This document shows, one piece after another, positions 43,178 to 56,394 of a stretch of 64,000 nt of DNA. The first letter of the stretch is position 1. Each line of letters opens with the position of its first letter. This DNA comes from Macrostomum lignano (Eukaryota). The position numbers and the translations under genes are program-made. The stretch covers positions 1 through 64,000 of the forward strand of contig NIVC01000381.1 in assembly GCA_002269645.1 (NCBI GenBank), written 5' to 3'. The notes under the pieces are model-generated. The model saw only the letters and a list, made by a program, of their open reading frames with translations, had not been told where the DNA came from and ran no database searches.

Positions 43178-44332
43178 AGAGCCACCATGTCTAACATTAA
43201 AGAGCCACAATGTCAAGCATAAAAGGACCACCATGTCGAACATTAAAGAGACACAATGTCAAGCATAAAAGGACCACCATGTCGAACATTAAAGAGCCAC
43301 CATGTCAAAAATTAAAGAGCCACCATGTCGAACATTAAAGAGCTACCATGCCAAACATTAAAAAAGAGCCACCATGTCAAAAATAAAAAAGCCACCATGT
43401 CAAACATTAAAGAGCCACCATGTCAAGCATAAAAGGACCACCATGTCGAGCATTAAAGAGCCACCATGTCGAAGATTATAGAGCCACCATGTCGAACATG
43501 AAAGTGCCACCATGTAAAACATTAAAGAGCCATCATTACATTGAGGTGCCACCAGGTCAAACATTAAAGAGCCACCATGTCTAACATTAAAGAGCCACCA
43601 TGTCGAACATTAAAGAGCCACCATGTCGAAGATTATAGAGCCACCATGTCGAACATGAAAGTGCCACCATGTAAAACATTAAAGAGCCATCATTACATTG
43701 AGGTGCCACCAGGTCAAACATTAAAGAGCCACCATGTCTAACATTAAAGAGCCACCATGTCGAACATTAAAGAGCCACCATGTCGAAGATTATAGAGCCA
43801 CCATGTCGAACATGAAAGTGCCACCATGTAAAACATTAAAGAGCCATCATTACATTGAGGTGCCACCAGGTCAAACATTAAAGAGCCACCATGTCAAACA
43901 TAAAAGAGCCACCATGTCCAACATATATGTGACTCCATGTCAAACATTAAAGAGCCACCATGTCAAAAATTAAAGAGCCACCATGTCGAACATTAAAGAG
44001 CCACCATGTCAAACATTAAAGAGCCACCATGTCGAACATTAAAGAGCCATCATGTCAAACACTAAAAAGCCACCATGTCAAACATAAAAGATACACAATT
44101 TCAAACGTAAAAGTAAGCGTCATGCCAATTTTAAAGGAGCCACTATAGAGCTAAGGAAATTGTTGCACTAGCTACTTATTGTCTGGTGGATGCTTACTAT
44201 TTGGGGATGCTTGCTATCTGGGGGATGCTTGCTATCTGGGGGATGCTTGCTATCTGGGGGATGCTTGCTATCTGGGGGATGCTTGCAATCTTGGGGATGC
44301 TTGCTATCTGGGGGATGCTTGCTGTCTTGGGA
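43178..44332. repeat. Arrays inside the Helitron 3' region: ~23-bp (TAAAGAGCCACCATGTCGAACAT) at 43178-44095 and 18-bp (GGGGGATGCTTGCTATCT) at 44200-44332
   Basis: Directly visible. Confidence 0.92.
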
Positions 44333-44442
44333 TGATTTCTTTTTGCATTACACTTTATTTGAGCAGTTTGTCTGTTGTCTTTGTCAAGGCTTTTTTTGGC
44401 TGTCTTTTTGTTACTTGTAGAGAACAGAGATTCTATACAGAT

Positions 44443-44471
44443 GCCCCCCAAGGGGGGGCGAAGATTGCTAG
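44443..44471 (+). terminator. Helitron 3' hairpin and CTAG terminus (rolling-circle termination signal)
   Basis: 7-bp G:C stem, 8 nt upstream of CTAG|T. Confidence 0.85.
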
Positions 44472-45642
44472 TAAGTGATTCTATAGCTGTAAAAAACGAA
44501 AATCATATGATATAACAAATTATTTCGTATAGTCGCATGCGACCCGAGTGAAGTGAAAGCAACTGCCATTTGAATTTCAAGTATTAATTTTTTTATATCG
44601 CATATCAATTGCTTTTTTCAAAGAAAAATAATTTTACAATAATAATGGTAAAACTAACTGCAGAATTGTGCAACCAGTCTACAATAAAACAACTGCAAGC
44701 CAAAATCGCAAGATAGCTTTACAATGGAGCAACAAGCACACGTGCGTGTGTAGGGGGGGGGGTGGTCAAATGACGCTCGCACATCAAAAAAGCAAACGAA
44801 CGTGGACAGACGGACACTAAAAATGAAACCAAAGAGAAAAAACTCTTAGCAGACAAATTTGCAATTATCAACAAAAATAGTGTTTCATTATAAACATCGG
44901 TCAGTTGTTTACGAACAGGCCCAGTTAGGCCTACGAGTGAGTAGTACATCACGCACATGTATATTGAAAAGCGATTGAGCAGCAATGCAAAAACACCAGC
45001 TGTTAATAGACACGTTACGTGAATGAGGGGATAAAAAACCATGCGTAGAAGAATAATATAAACAGATAGAGAATTACAAATTGAAAATACAGTTTGAAGT
45101 GTAGCTAGCCTATATAATAAAAAATAGCATTGGACATGAATACTGAATGAACTGATTTTTGTTAAATTGTTTAATAAATAAATTACTAAAGCAGACTACA
45201 CCAGGATGGAAGACTATAAAAATTAATTTCGAATTATAATCCCTTAAAATAGAAAAATCAATTGATGAAGCAAAGAAGACTCAAATTTGAAGATAACACC
45301 AGCTTCAATATGATGATTAATAATAATTGTTTTAATCGCATACTGAAAGCAAAGTATGCACCGAAGGGATATATATAGTAAAAAATTAACATGAATGAAA
45401 TAAATTTAAGCACCTATTAAGGCCGAGCAAAGCAAGTTTTATTTTAATAGTTTTTAAACGCAATCAACTAGGCGAAGCCAAACAAAAACATTCGATGCTT
45501 TGCGAAACATACAGACAGATTTTTATTGCTTGGTAATACGTTAAATTAATAGCATCAATTACGAGCACATGACATAACCTAGATTATTCAATAAACAAGC
45601 CATTCTAACAAATATTATTTAGTTTTACCGTCTTACTCGGGC

Positions 45643-48600
45643 TTACTCGGGCGCAACCTTGTGAATCAGAGTGTCGCAGATGCTCGTCAGTTCCGCATTC
45701 TCTCTGCTCTTCTGGTCCAACTGCGCCTGCAGATTCTGGGCCTGCAGTTCCGCTTTGCGCAGCACCGCCTGCAGTCTGACGGCTTCGCCCTCGGAGTTGC
45801 GCTTCTGCTCTTCGATAACCCGATTAGCCGCCTCGAGTTTCTCTTCCGCGTGCGCCTTGAGAGTCTGGTACTTCTGCTCGTTGCGCTTCATCCTGGCCTG
45901 GTACTCCTGCACGCACTTGTTCAGCGTCTCTTCGTTCTTCTTGTGCGCTTCGACTAGCAGTTTGGACTTCTCAAACCGGCGGTGCAGATCGGAGAATGCC
46001 TTCTCCACTGAGCGGAGGTCTTCCAGCGCCTGCGAGAGTGCGATGGGGATTCCCTGTTGCCTCTTCATCGTAATAATTATTTATATGCCCCCATACTGTT
46101 GAACGTAACGAACAGGTGTAACCTTGGCATCCATGAGTTCGATTTTTAGAAAGATTGGATGGATTTTCCTGATTATCAGTTTCTATTTTAAGAACACTGA
46201 GGATTTCCCTTTGCTGGAATAATCAGTTTCTATTTTAAGAACACTGAGGATTTCCCCTTGCTGGAAAAATCAGTTTCTATTTTAAGAACACCGAGGATTT
46301 CCCCTTGCTGGAATAATCAGTTTCTATTTTAAGACCGCTGAGGATTTCCCCTTGCTGGAATAATCAGTTTCTATTTTAAGACCGCTGAGGATTTCCCCTT
46401 GCTGGAATAATCAGTTTCTATTTTAAGAACACTGAGGATTTCCGCTTGCTGGAATAATCAGTTTCTATTTTAAGACCGCTAAGGATTTCCCCTTGCTGGA
46501 ATAATCAGTTTCTATTTTAAGAACACTGAGGATTTCCCCTTGCTAGAATAATCAGGTTCTATTTTAAGAACACTGAGGATTTCCCCTTGCTGGAATAATC
46601 AGTTTCTATTTTAAGAACACTGAGGATTTCCCCTTGCTGGAATAATCAGTTTCTATTTTAAGAACACTGAGGATTTCCCCTTGCTGGAATAATCAGGTTC
46701 TATTTTAAGACCGCTGAGGATTTCCCCTTACTGGAATAATCAGTTTCTATTTTAAGACCGCTGAGGATTTCCCCTTGCTGGAATAATCAGTTTCTATTTT
46801 AAGAACACTGAGGATTTCCCCTTGCTGGAATAATCAGTTTCTATTTTAAGAACACTGAGGATTTCCCCTTGCTGTAATAATCAGTTTCTATTTTTAGACG
46901 GCAGATGAGGATTCCTTTGCTAGAATAATCCGTTTCTATTTTTAGACGGCTTATGATTCCCTTGCTGGAATAATCTGTTCCTATTTCAAGAGTACTGTAA
47001 TTAACATTATCTTGAATTTTTAATATCAAACAAGGATTTCCTTCTATAAGCGTATACGGAATTCCATTTCTAAAACGCCACAGGGTTTTTTCCACTATTA
47101 TTGATTCACTAAATTGAAAAATGAGTAGCATCGCACCTGGTCTCGATCTCTAACAATCTCAGCAACCTGCTGATCGGAGCGCCGTTTTTGCTCAGCCATC
47201 TGTTGCATGCATCGTTCGAATTCTTTGTAGACGTGACGGGCGCCTTCTAACTCGGCGTTGAGCCGTTCAACCTCGCCAGTTAGCTGACGGATTCGATTCG
47301 ACTGATCAGCTGATTGGGAATCCTGTTGCTGTTGCTGCTGCATGCTGGGCTTGCGGCTGATGTCCGACACTGGGGCTGGCAGGGCTGACTGGGGACCGGC
47401 TGACACCAGCTCGGGTGGCGGCGGAGGCAGAGAGGATTGGCTGCCGCTCTGTGGAATGAAAGTGCGCTCTGAAGGATAAGCACTATGGATTTACCAGTCT
47501 AGGGACGCTTTGTTTTAGATAAAGTGGACTGAAAAGCTCAGAGGGTGGTCCCTAGCAACTGAAAATCTGGAAGGCTGGCCCAGCAACTAAGGATCTGGGA
47601 GGCTGGACCAGGAACTGACACCCTGGGAGGCTGGCCCAGCAACTGAGGATCCGGGAGGCTGGCCCAGCAACTGAGGATCTGGGAGGCTGGACCAGGAACT
47701 GACACCCTGGGAGGCTGGCCCAGCAACTGAGGATCTGGGAGGCTGGCCCAGCAACTGACACTCTGGGAGGCTGGCCCAGCAACTGAGGATCTGGGAGGCT
47801 GGCCCAGCAACTGAGGATCTGGGAGGCTGGCCCAGCAACTGAGGATCTGGGAGGCTGGCCCAGCAACTGAGGATCTGGGAGGCTGGCCCAGCAACTGGGG
47901 ATTTGGGAGGCTGGCCCAGCAACTGAGGATCTGGGAGGCTGGCCCAGCAACTGAGGATCTGGGAGGCTGGCCCAGCAACTGAGGATCTGGGAGGCTGGCC
48001 CAGCAACTGACACTCTGGGAGGCTGGCCCAGCAACTGAGGATCTGGGAGGCTGGCCCAGCAACTGAGGATCTGGGAGGCTGGCCCAGCAACTGAGGATCT
48101 GGGAGGCTGGCCCAGCAACTGAGGATCTGGGAGGCTGGCCCAGCAACTGGGGATTTGGGAGGCTGGCCCAGCAACTGAGGATCTGGGAGGCTGGCCCAGC
48201 AACTGAGGATCTGGGAGGCTGGCCCAGCAACTGAGGATCTGGGAGGCTGGCCCAGCAACTGACACTCTGGGAGGCTGGCCCAGCAACTGACACTCTGGGA
48301 GGCTGGCCCAGCAACTGAGGATCCGGGAGGCTGGCCCAGCAACTGAGGATCTGGGAGGCTGGACCAGGAACTGACACCCTGGGAGGCTGGCCCAGCAACT
48401 GAGGATCTGGGAGGCTGGCCCAGCAACTGACACTCTGGGAGGCTGGCCCAGCAACTGAGGATCTGGGAGGCTGGCCCAGCAACTGAGGATCTGGGAGGCT
48501 GGCCCAGCAACTGAGGATCTGGGAGGCTGGCCCAGCAACTGAGGATCTGGGAGGCTGGCCCAGCAACTGGGGATTTGGGAGGCTGGCCCAGCAACTGAGG

Positions 48601-51600
48601 ATCTGGGAGGCTGGCCCAGCAACTGAGGATCTGGGAGGCTGGCCCAGCAACTGAGGATCTGGGAGGCTGGCCCAGCAACTGAGGATCTGGGAGGCTGGCC
48701 CAGCAACTGAGGATCTGGGAGGCTGGCCCAGCAACTGGGGATTTGGGAGGCTGGCCCAGCAACTGAGGATCTGGGAGGCTGGCCCAGCAACTGACACTCT
48801 GGAAGGCTGGCCCAGCAACCGAGAATCTGGGAAGGTTGCACAGCTGCTGAGAACGTGAGAGTATTTAACCTCGATCACTCGTACGTGAGTATACTATTTG
48901 GAAAAGAAGAGATTGCAAGAAGCTTACTTAGAAAATCTTGCCGCAGTTCCGACCTCAGATCAAACACATCTAAATTACAAATACGTACAAGATAGAAATG
49001 AGCTAGCTAGAGAAGAAATAATATACTAGACAGAAACACTAGAGCGTATTGCACATTAAATAAGCTGCAGAAGAGAGCAAGAGCCAGTCGAGAGACACTA
49101 GAGGAAGAAGAGAAGGAGAGAATATCATAGCGATAGAATAGGTTTTGCCCTGTGCACGAGGTCTAGTAGTAAAAGACTGGGCGCTTAGAATTGAGCTCTC
49201 GGTATTGAGAACAGCAAGGTATGGGGGAAGGGAGTAACACACGAGCCGAGCAGGCGAATGAAGGCCGATATGTATATAGAGGCTTTATTGTAGTACTTGC
49301 ACACCTGGCACTGAATGAAAATGCATTTAGAGAAACTGATGAATACTGAGAACTCAGCGCGTGTGATAACCAGTTTTATTACAGTAGAATAGATACGAGT
49401 AGAGTCGAATAGACACAAGTAGACAGTAGAATAGATAGTACTAGAGTAGAATAGACACAAGTGCAGAGTAGAATAGATAGTACTAGAGTAGAATAGACAC
49501 AAGTGCAGAGTAGAATAGATAGGACTAGAGTAGAATAGACACAAGTGCAGAGTAGAATAGATAGGACTAGAGTAGAATAGACACAAGTGCAGAGTAGAAT
49601 AGACACAAGTGCAGAGTAGAATAGACACAAGTGCAGAGTAGAATAGACACAAGTGCAGAGTAGAATAGACACAAGTGCAGAGTAGAATAGACACAAGTGC
49701 AGAGTAGAATAGACACAAGTGCAGAGTAGAATAGATAGGACTAGAGTAGAATAGACACAAGTGCAGAGTAGAATAGATACGAGTATACTCGTAGTACTGG
49801 AGTAGAATAGATAGGATTAGAGTAGAATACACACAAGTAGAGAGTAGAATAGATAGGATTAGAGTAGAATAGACACAAGTGCAGAGTAGAATAGATAGGA
49901 CTAGAGTAGAATAGATAGGACTAGAGTAGAATAGATAGGATTAGAGTAGAATAGACACAAGTGCAGAGTAGAATAGATAGGACTAGAGTAGAATAGACAC
50001 AAGTGCAGAGTAGAATAGATAGGACTAGAGTAGAATAGATAGGATTAGAGTAGAATAGATAGGACTAGAGTAGAATAGATAGGATTAGAGTAGAATAGAC
50101 ACAAGTGCAGAGTAGAATAGATAGGACTAGAGTAGAATAGACACAAGTGTAGAGTACAATAGATAGGACTAGAGTAGAATAGACACAAGTAGAGAGTAGG
50201 ACAGGCACTAGTAAACAGTAGTGTTATAATTATATTGCGCTTCGTGCCTACTCTATGCTAAGTAGAAGACACTCAATATAGGTTACAAATAACAATAGTA
50301 CATTATAAAACAATTTGGCATAAGAATCTACAGAACTGTAACAGTATTAAAAAAACAGATACTAACCAGTCCGCCTTTAACTGGTGCGTCGCCGGCAGGC
50401 TGCGGCGAGTCGCGGTGACCCTGAAATGAAAAAAATATTTTAACAATGAAATTTAATACTCAATTCCGTACTTATATTTTACTAAAACTACTGTACACCA
50501 ATTGCAAGCGTAATTTAATTTATTTATAAATCAAATAATTTAGCAATCAAAGCCATAATTCATAAACGGCGGTGCAAAATTAATTTGAACTGTGGCATTC
50601 AATTTCTGGATAAATCAGTTAGTAAATTAAAGAAGGTAAATAACATAAGTCAGCCAATTATCAGACTGACTAGATGGCGGCTATCAGAGTGACTAGATGA
50701 CAGTTATCAGACTGACTAGATGGCGGCTATCAGAGTGACAAGATGACGGTTATCAGAGTGACTAGATGACAGTTATCAGACTGACTAGATGGCGGCTATC
50801 AGAGTGACAAGATGACGGTTATCAGAGTGACTAGATGACAGTTATCAGACTGACTAGATGGCGGCTATCAGAGTGACAAGATGACGGTTATCAGAGTGAC
50901 TAGATGACAGTTATCAGACTGACTAGATGGCGGCTATCAGAGTGACAAGATGACGGTTATCAGAGTGACTAGATGACAGTTATCAGACTGACTAGATGGC
51001 GGCTATCAGAGTGACAAGATGACGGTTATCAGAGTGACTAGATGACAGTTATCAGACTGACTAGATGGCGGCTATCAGAGTGACAAGATGACGGTTATCA
51101 GAGTGACTAGATGACAGTTATCAGACTGACTAGATGGCGGCTATCAGAGTGACAAGATGACGGTTATCAGAGTGACTAGATGACAGTTATCAGACTGACT
51201 AGATGGCGGCTATCAGAGTGACAAGATGACGGTTATCAGAGTGACTAGATGACAGTTATCAGACTGACTAGATGGCGGCTATCAGAGTGACAAGATGACG
51301 GTTATCAGAGTGACTAGATGACAGTTATCAGACTGACTAGATGGCGGCTATCAGAGTGACAAGATGACGGTTATCAGAGTGACTAGATGACGGTTATCAG
51401 AGTGACTAGATGACAGTTATCAGACTGACTAGATGGCGGCTATCAGAGTGACAAGATGACAGTTATCAGACTGACTAGATGGCGGCTATCAGAGTGACAA
51501 GATGACGGTTATCAGAGTGACTAGATGACGGTTATCAGAGTGACTAGATGACAGTTATCAGAGTGACTAGATGACAGTTATCAGAGTGACTAGATGACGG

Positions 51601-54600
51601 TTATCAGAGTGACTAGATGACGGTTATCAGAGTGACTAGATGACAGTTATCAGACTGACTAGATGGCGGCTATCAGAGTGACAAGATGACGGTTATCAGA
51701 GTGACTAGATGACGGTTATCAGAGTGACTAGATGACAGTTATCAGAGTGACTAGATGACAGTTATCAGAGTGACTAGATGACGGTTATCAGAGTGACTAG
51801 ATGACAGTTATCAGAGTGACTAGATGACGGTTATCAGACTGACTAGATGGCGGCTATCAGAGTGACAAGATGACGGTTATCAGAGTGACTAGATGACGGT
51901 TATCAGAGTGACTAGATGACAGGTATCAGAGTGACTAGATGACAGTTATCAGAGTGACTAGATGACGGTTATCAGAGTGACTAGATGACAGTTATCAGAG
52001 TGACTAGATGACGGTTATCAGAGTGACTAGATGACAGTTATCAGACTGACTAGATGGCGGCTATCAGAGTGACAAGATGACGGTTATCAGAGTGACTAGA
52101 TGACGGTTATCAGAGTGACTAGATGACGGTTATCAGAGTGACAAGATGACGGTTATCAGAGTGACTAGATGACAGTTATCAGAGTGACTAGATGACGGTT
52201 ATCAGAGTGACAAGATGACGGTTATCAGAGTGACTAGATGACAGTTATCAGAGTGACTAGATGACAGTTATCAGAGTGACTAGATGACAGTTATCAGAGT
52301 GACTAGATGGCGGCTATCAGAGTGACTAGATGACGGTTATCAGAGTGACTAGATGACGGTTATCAGAGTGACTAGATGACAGGTATCAGAGTGACTAGAT
52401 GACAGTTATCAGAGTGACTAGATGACAGTTATCAGAGTGACTAGATGACGGTTATCAGAGTGACTAGATGACGGTTATCAGAGTGACTAGATGACAGTTA
52501 TCAGAGTGACTAGATGACGGTTATCAGAGTGACTAGATGACGGTTATCAGAGTGACTAGATGACAGTTATCAGAGTGACTAGATGACGGTTATCAGAGTG
52601 ACTAGATGACGGTTATCAGAGTGACTAAATGACGGTTATCAGAGTGACTAGATGACGGTTATCAGAGTGACAAGATGGCGGCTATCAGAGTGACAAGATG
52701 GCGGCTATCAGAGTAACAAGATAGCGACAGTTAGAGTGAAAAGATGGCGATTATCAGTGACTAGATGACGGTTATCAGAGTGACTAGAGATGACGGTTAT
52801 CAGAGTGACTAGATTACGGTTATCATAGTGACTAGATTACGGTTATCATAGTGAATAGATTACGGTTATCAGAGTGACTAGATTACGGTTATCAGAGTGA
52901 CAAGATTACGGTTATCAGAGTGAATAGATTACGGTCATCAGAGTGACTAGATGACGGTTATCAGAGTGACAAGATGGCGGCTATCAGAGTGACAAGATGG
53001 CGGCTATCAGAGTGACAAGATAGCGACAGTTAGAGTGAAAAGATGGCGATTATCAGTGACTAGATGACGGTTATCAGAGTGACTAGAGATGACGGTTATC
53101 AGAGTGACTAGATTACGGTTATCATAGTGACTAGATTACGGTTATCATAGTGAATAGATTACGGTTATCAGAGTGACTAGATTACGGTTATCAGAGTGAC
53201 AAGATTACGGTTATCAGAGTGACTAGATTACGGTCATCAGAGTGACTAGATGACGGTTATCAGAGTGACAAGATGGCGGCTATCAGAGTGACAAGATGGC
53301 GGCTATCAGAGTGACAAGATAGCGACAGTTAGAGTGAAAAGATGGCGATTATCAGTGACTAGATGACGGTTATCAGAGTGACTAGAGATGACGGTTATCA
53401 GAGTGACTAGATTACGGTTATCATAGTGACTAGATTACGGTTATCATAGTGAATAGATTACGGTTATCAGAGTGACTAGATTACGGTTATCAGAGTGACA
53501 AGATTACGGTTATCAGAGTGAATAGATTACGGTCATGAGAGTGACTAGATTACGGTTATCAGAGTGACTAGATGACATCAGAGCGACTGGATAGCGATAA
53601 GTCAAATATTGAGAGAGAAATAAACAAAATATGGATTTCAACGCCACTAGAAAAAGCAGTCCACATTGCCCAGCGTTCCTTGGCCATAGCCAATAAAAGT
53701 CAAACAACAAAAAAGCAGAAACAATCCAAAGATGCCAGGTGAGTGCCTCAGCGCAAGCAAGCAGGGTCCGATAGCAAATTTTATACAAGAGATAAAATTC
53801 ATAATAAACCTACATCCCCATCGATGCCAATATTAGCAAGTGAACTGCCATCGGCTATTTTTCCTTCATCATTTTCAGCATAGCCCGGTGATTCTTTGTC
53901 GGCACGCAGATATTGTTGAACCTCATTATCGGTATTGATATCGTCATTATCAACTACAATATCATCGACACTATCAATGATTTTCTCGTTGCTGCTTCCA
54001 CTTGGCGATTCTAACGAATGAAATTCGTCATCGTCAATTGGATTGTCCTCTTTGGCTGCGGCACAATGCGACTCCTGTATTGCGCAAGCGCAACAGACCG
54101 AAACATAAATTACAGGGAGTGGAACGGAGCGGCCTAGCAGTTTTATTTAGTCATAAATCACATTCAGCTGATCAAAGTAAACTTACGAGCGTATTAATTT
54201 ATTAAGATTAAAAAATAGGGAAAATCTTTCTAAAACCAGCAGGAATCCTTAAATATTGGTTAATCTATTTTTAGAACATTTTAGAACAATTTTTAGAGGG
54301 TATTCTCTGGTTAACGAGTTTCCAAATCTATTTTTAGAACGGAGGGTATTCCTTGGTTAACGGGTTTTTCCAAATCTATTTTTAGGACGGAGGGTGTTCT
54401 CTGGTTAACGGGTTTTTCCAAATCTATTTTTAGAACGGAGGGTATTCCTTGGTTAACGGGTTTTTCCAAATCTATTTGTAGAACACAAGTGTGTTACTTG
54501 GTTGACGGATTTCCCTAAATATGTTTTTCGAACAGAGGGTATTTCCTGCTTGACGGATTTCCCCAAATCTATTTTTAAGACAGAGGGTATTTCCTTATTA

Positions 54601-56350
54601 ACGAATTCGCGTAAATATAATTTTAAACCCGAGTTTAATATATCTATGATAAATTATTTTAAATGTAAGAGGGTACTCCATGATTAACAAGCTACCTTAA
54701 GCTACTGTCTCTACTCTGTTTCCAATAATCCATTTTTGACTTTTAAATGATTCATTATCAAAAAGTCAAACACGATCCGACACATGAGGCTTACGAAAAA
54801 AGCTGAAATCATTAGGATCATAACCAAATACAAACAGATATTATACATTGATTTAGGCATAAATAGTTCAGCACAATATAAGAAAAATATAAATGTGAAA
54901 TAATAATAAGCGCACACATTTTAGTCTTATCAAAAGTGCAACATATGCACGCAAAATTAGAGGTATTAATGTACTAATCAAATAGAAGTTATCTATAAAG
55001 TAGTAAAGCAATGCAAATACCGGTGTATACATCTGACATTCTTTATTATAAATTTGTAACTTATATATGCACTTTAAACGCACCTCGACATAGTGCTGTT
55101 GGCCGCAATCTTCAGTATTAGCCACAGGATTTGGACTGCATTGGTCTTGCTCAGCCTGGGTGCTGGACACGTGGGCAACCTGTATAAAGTTATTAAGATA
55201 GATCCTTATAATAATAATATATAATTAGCCCATTGGTAATAAATTTCAGATTTTTAAATAAGGCGTCCAGCACGTGGTTGAACTTTAACCGGATAGCATT
55301 TTTAGTTTTGAAAGTACAGTTACACTTGTACTTTTAGAAATTACTTCTAAATTATTCGGTGTACTCTTAAACTACACGTGTTTTTTAGAAGTATTCATGT
55401 ATTTTGAGGGTACTCCTGTACTTTTTTAGACACTCGTGTACTTTTAGAGTACTGGTGTGCTTTTAGAGTACTATGTACTTTTAAAGTACTCATGTACTTT
55501 TTATTAGGCATTTCTGTACTTTTAGAGTACTGGTGTACTTTTACAATACTCATATACTATTTATTAGGCATTCGTGTACTTTTAGAGTACTGGTGTACTT
55601 TTAAAGCACTAGTGTACATGTCATTTTTATATATAAAAGCGCCAGTACTTTAAAAAATGCACTGAGTGCATGTACTAGAACTTTACACTTCATCAACATA
55701 GAACTAAACCCTTAGAAACTAAGCATCAAAAAGCCGCATCTAGGCAACTAAATTAATTAGAAGCCCTAAACTCTTAGTATTATCCGTTATAACAGGATTA
55801 GACAAACAATTAAACTTCTAAGAAAAAATTATAAAATTTCAAACACTCTTACAAATTAGCACAGCAATGTTAGAATCTTTGAAAAAGCACATCTAATTTT
55901 ATTGTTTAATACAAAAATAAACACTTACAGAAAACTGCCGTCATGCAAACACTGACGTCTGCAATATAAATAACTTTGCACTTTTACTACTGCTTCGCCA
56001 AGCCAAGCTAAGAAATTGCTTTATTTATCAGATCACTTATAAGTAAGAAATTGAGCCTTCATATCGATTGCGATATGAAATTCTTAGTAGCTTTTTCCGT
56101 AGATGAAAAATACTTGGCTATATTTAATAGGTTTCAATCCATTTTTCATGGATGAATGAATTTATGCCTTCATTTATTCCCTAATCTCCATATCTACGGG
56201 TATATATATATATTTTATAGCTAAAGTAAAGTTTTTTAAGCAGATGTGTATGGAAAAGTGAAACGAATTTTAGCACACCTTTAATATCCAGACTGTCTGC
56301 TATGGTTGTATGTCTATGTCCGTCTATATGGCTTGTCTGTCTGTCTGTCC

Positions 56351-56394
<44 letters not shown>

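Larger units (their letters stand above)
33939..44471 (+). mobile_element. Full-length Helitron (~10.5 kb)
   Basis: 5' end A|TCCCATATACTAAAAATGAGTTGTCTG with a short microsatellite-like tract. 3' GC hairpin GCCCCCCAAGGGGGGGC (44443-44459), then CTAG (44468-44471) followed by T. Inserted between A and T with no TSD, and encloses a RepHel gene. The 5' end is less certain than the 3' end. Confidence 0.85.

Noticed and set aside
43178-44095. Perfect Kozak GCCACCATG in nearly every unit of the Helitron 3' array
   Set aside because: The resulting ORFs are short and repetitive and lie downstream of the RepHel stop; most likely coincidental.
45633-45652. 10-bp tandem duplication TTACTCGGGC at the TACC stop codon
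   Set aside because: It does not alter the reading frame or the protein end.
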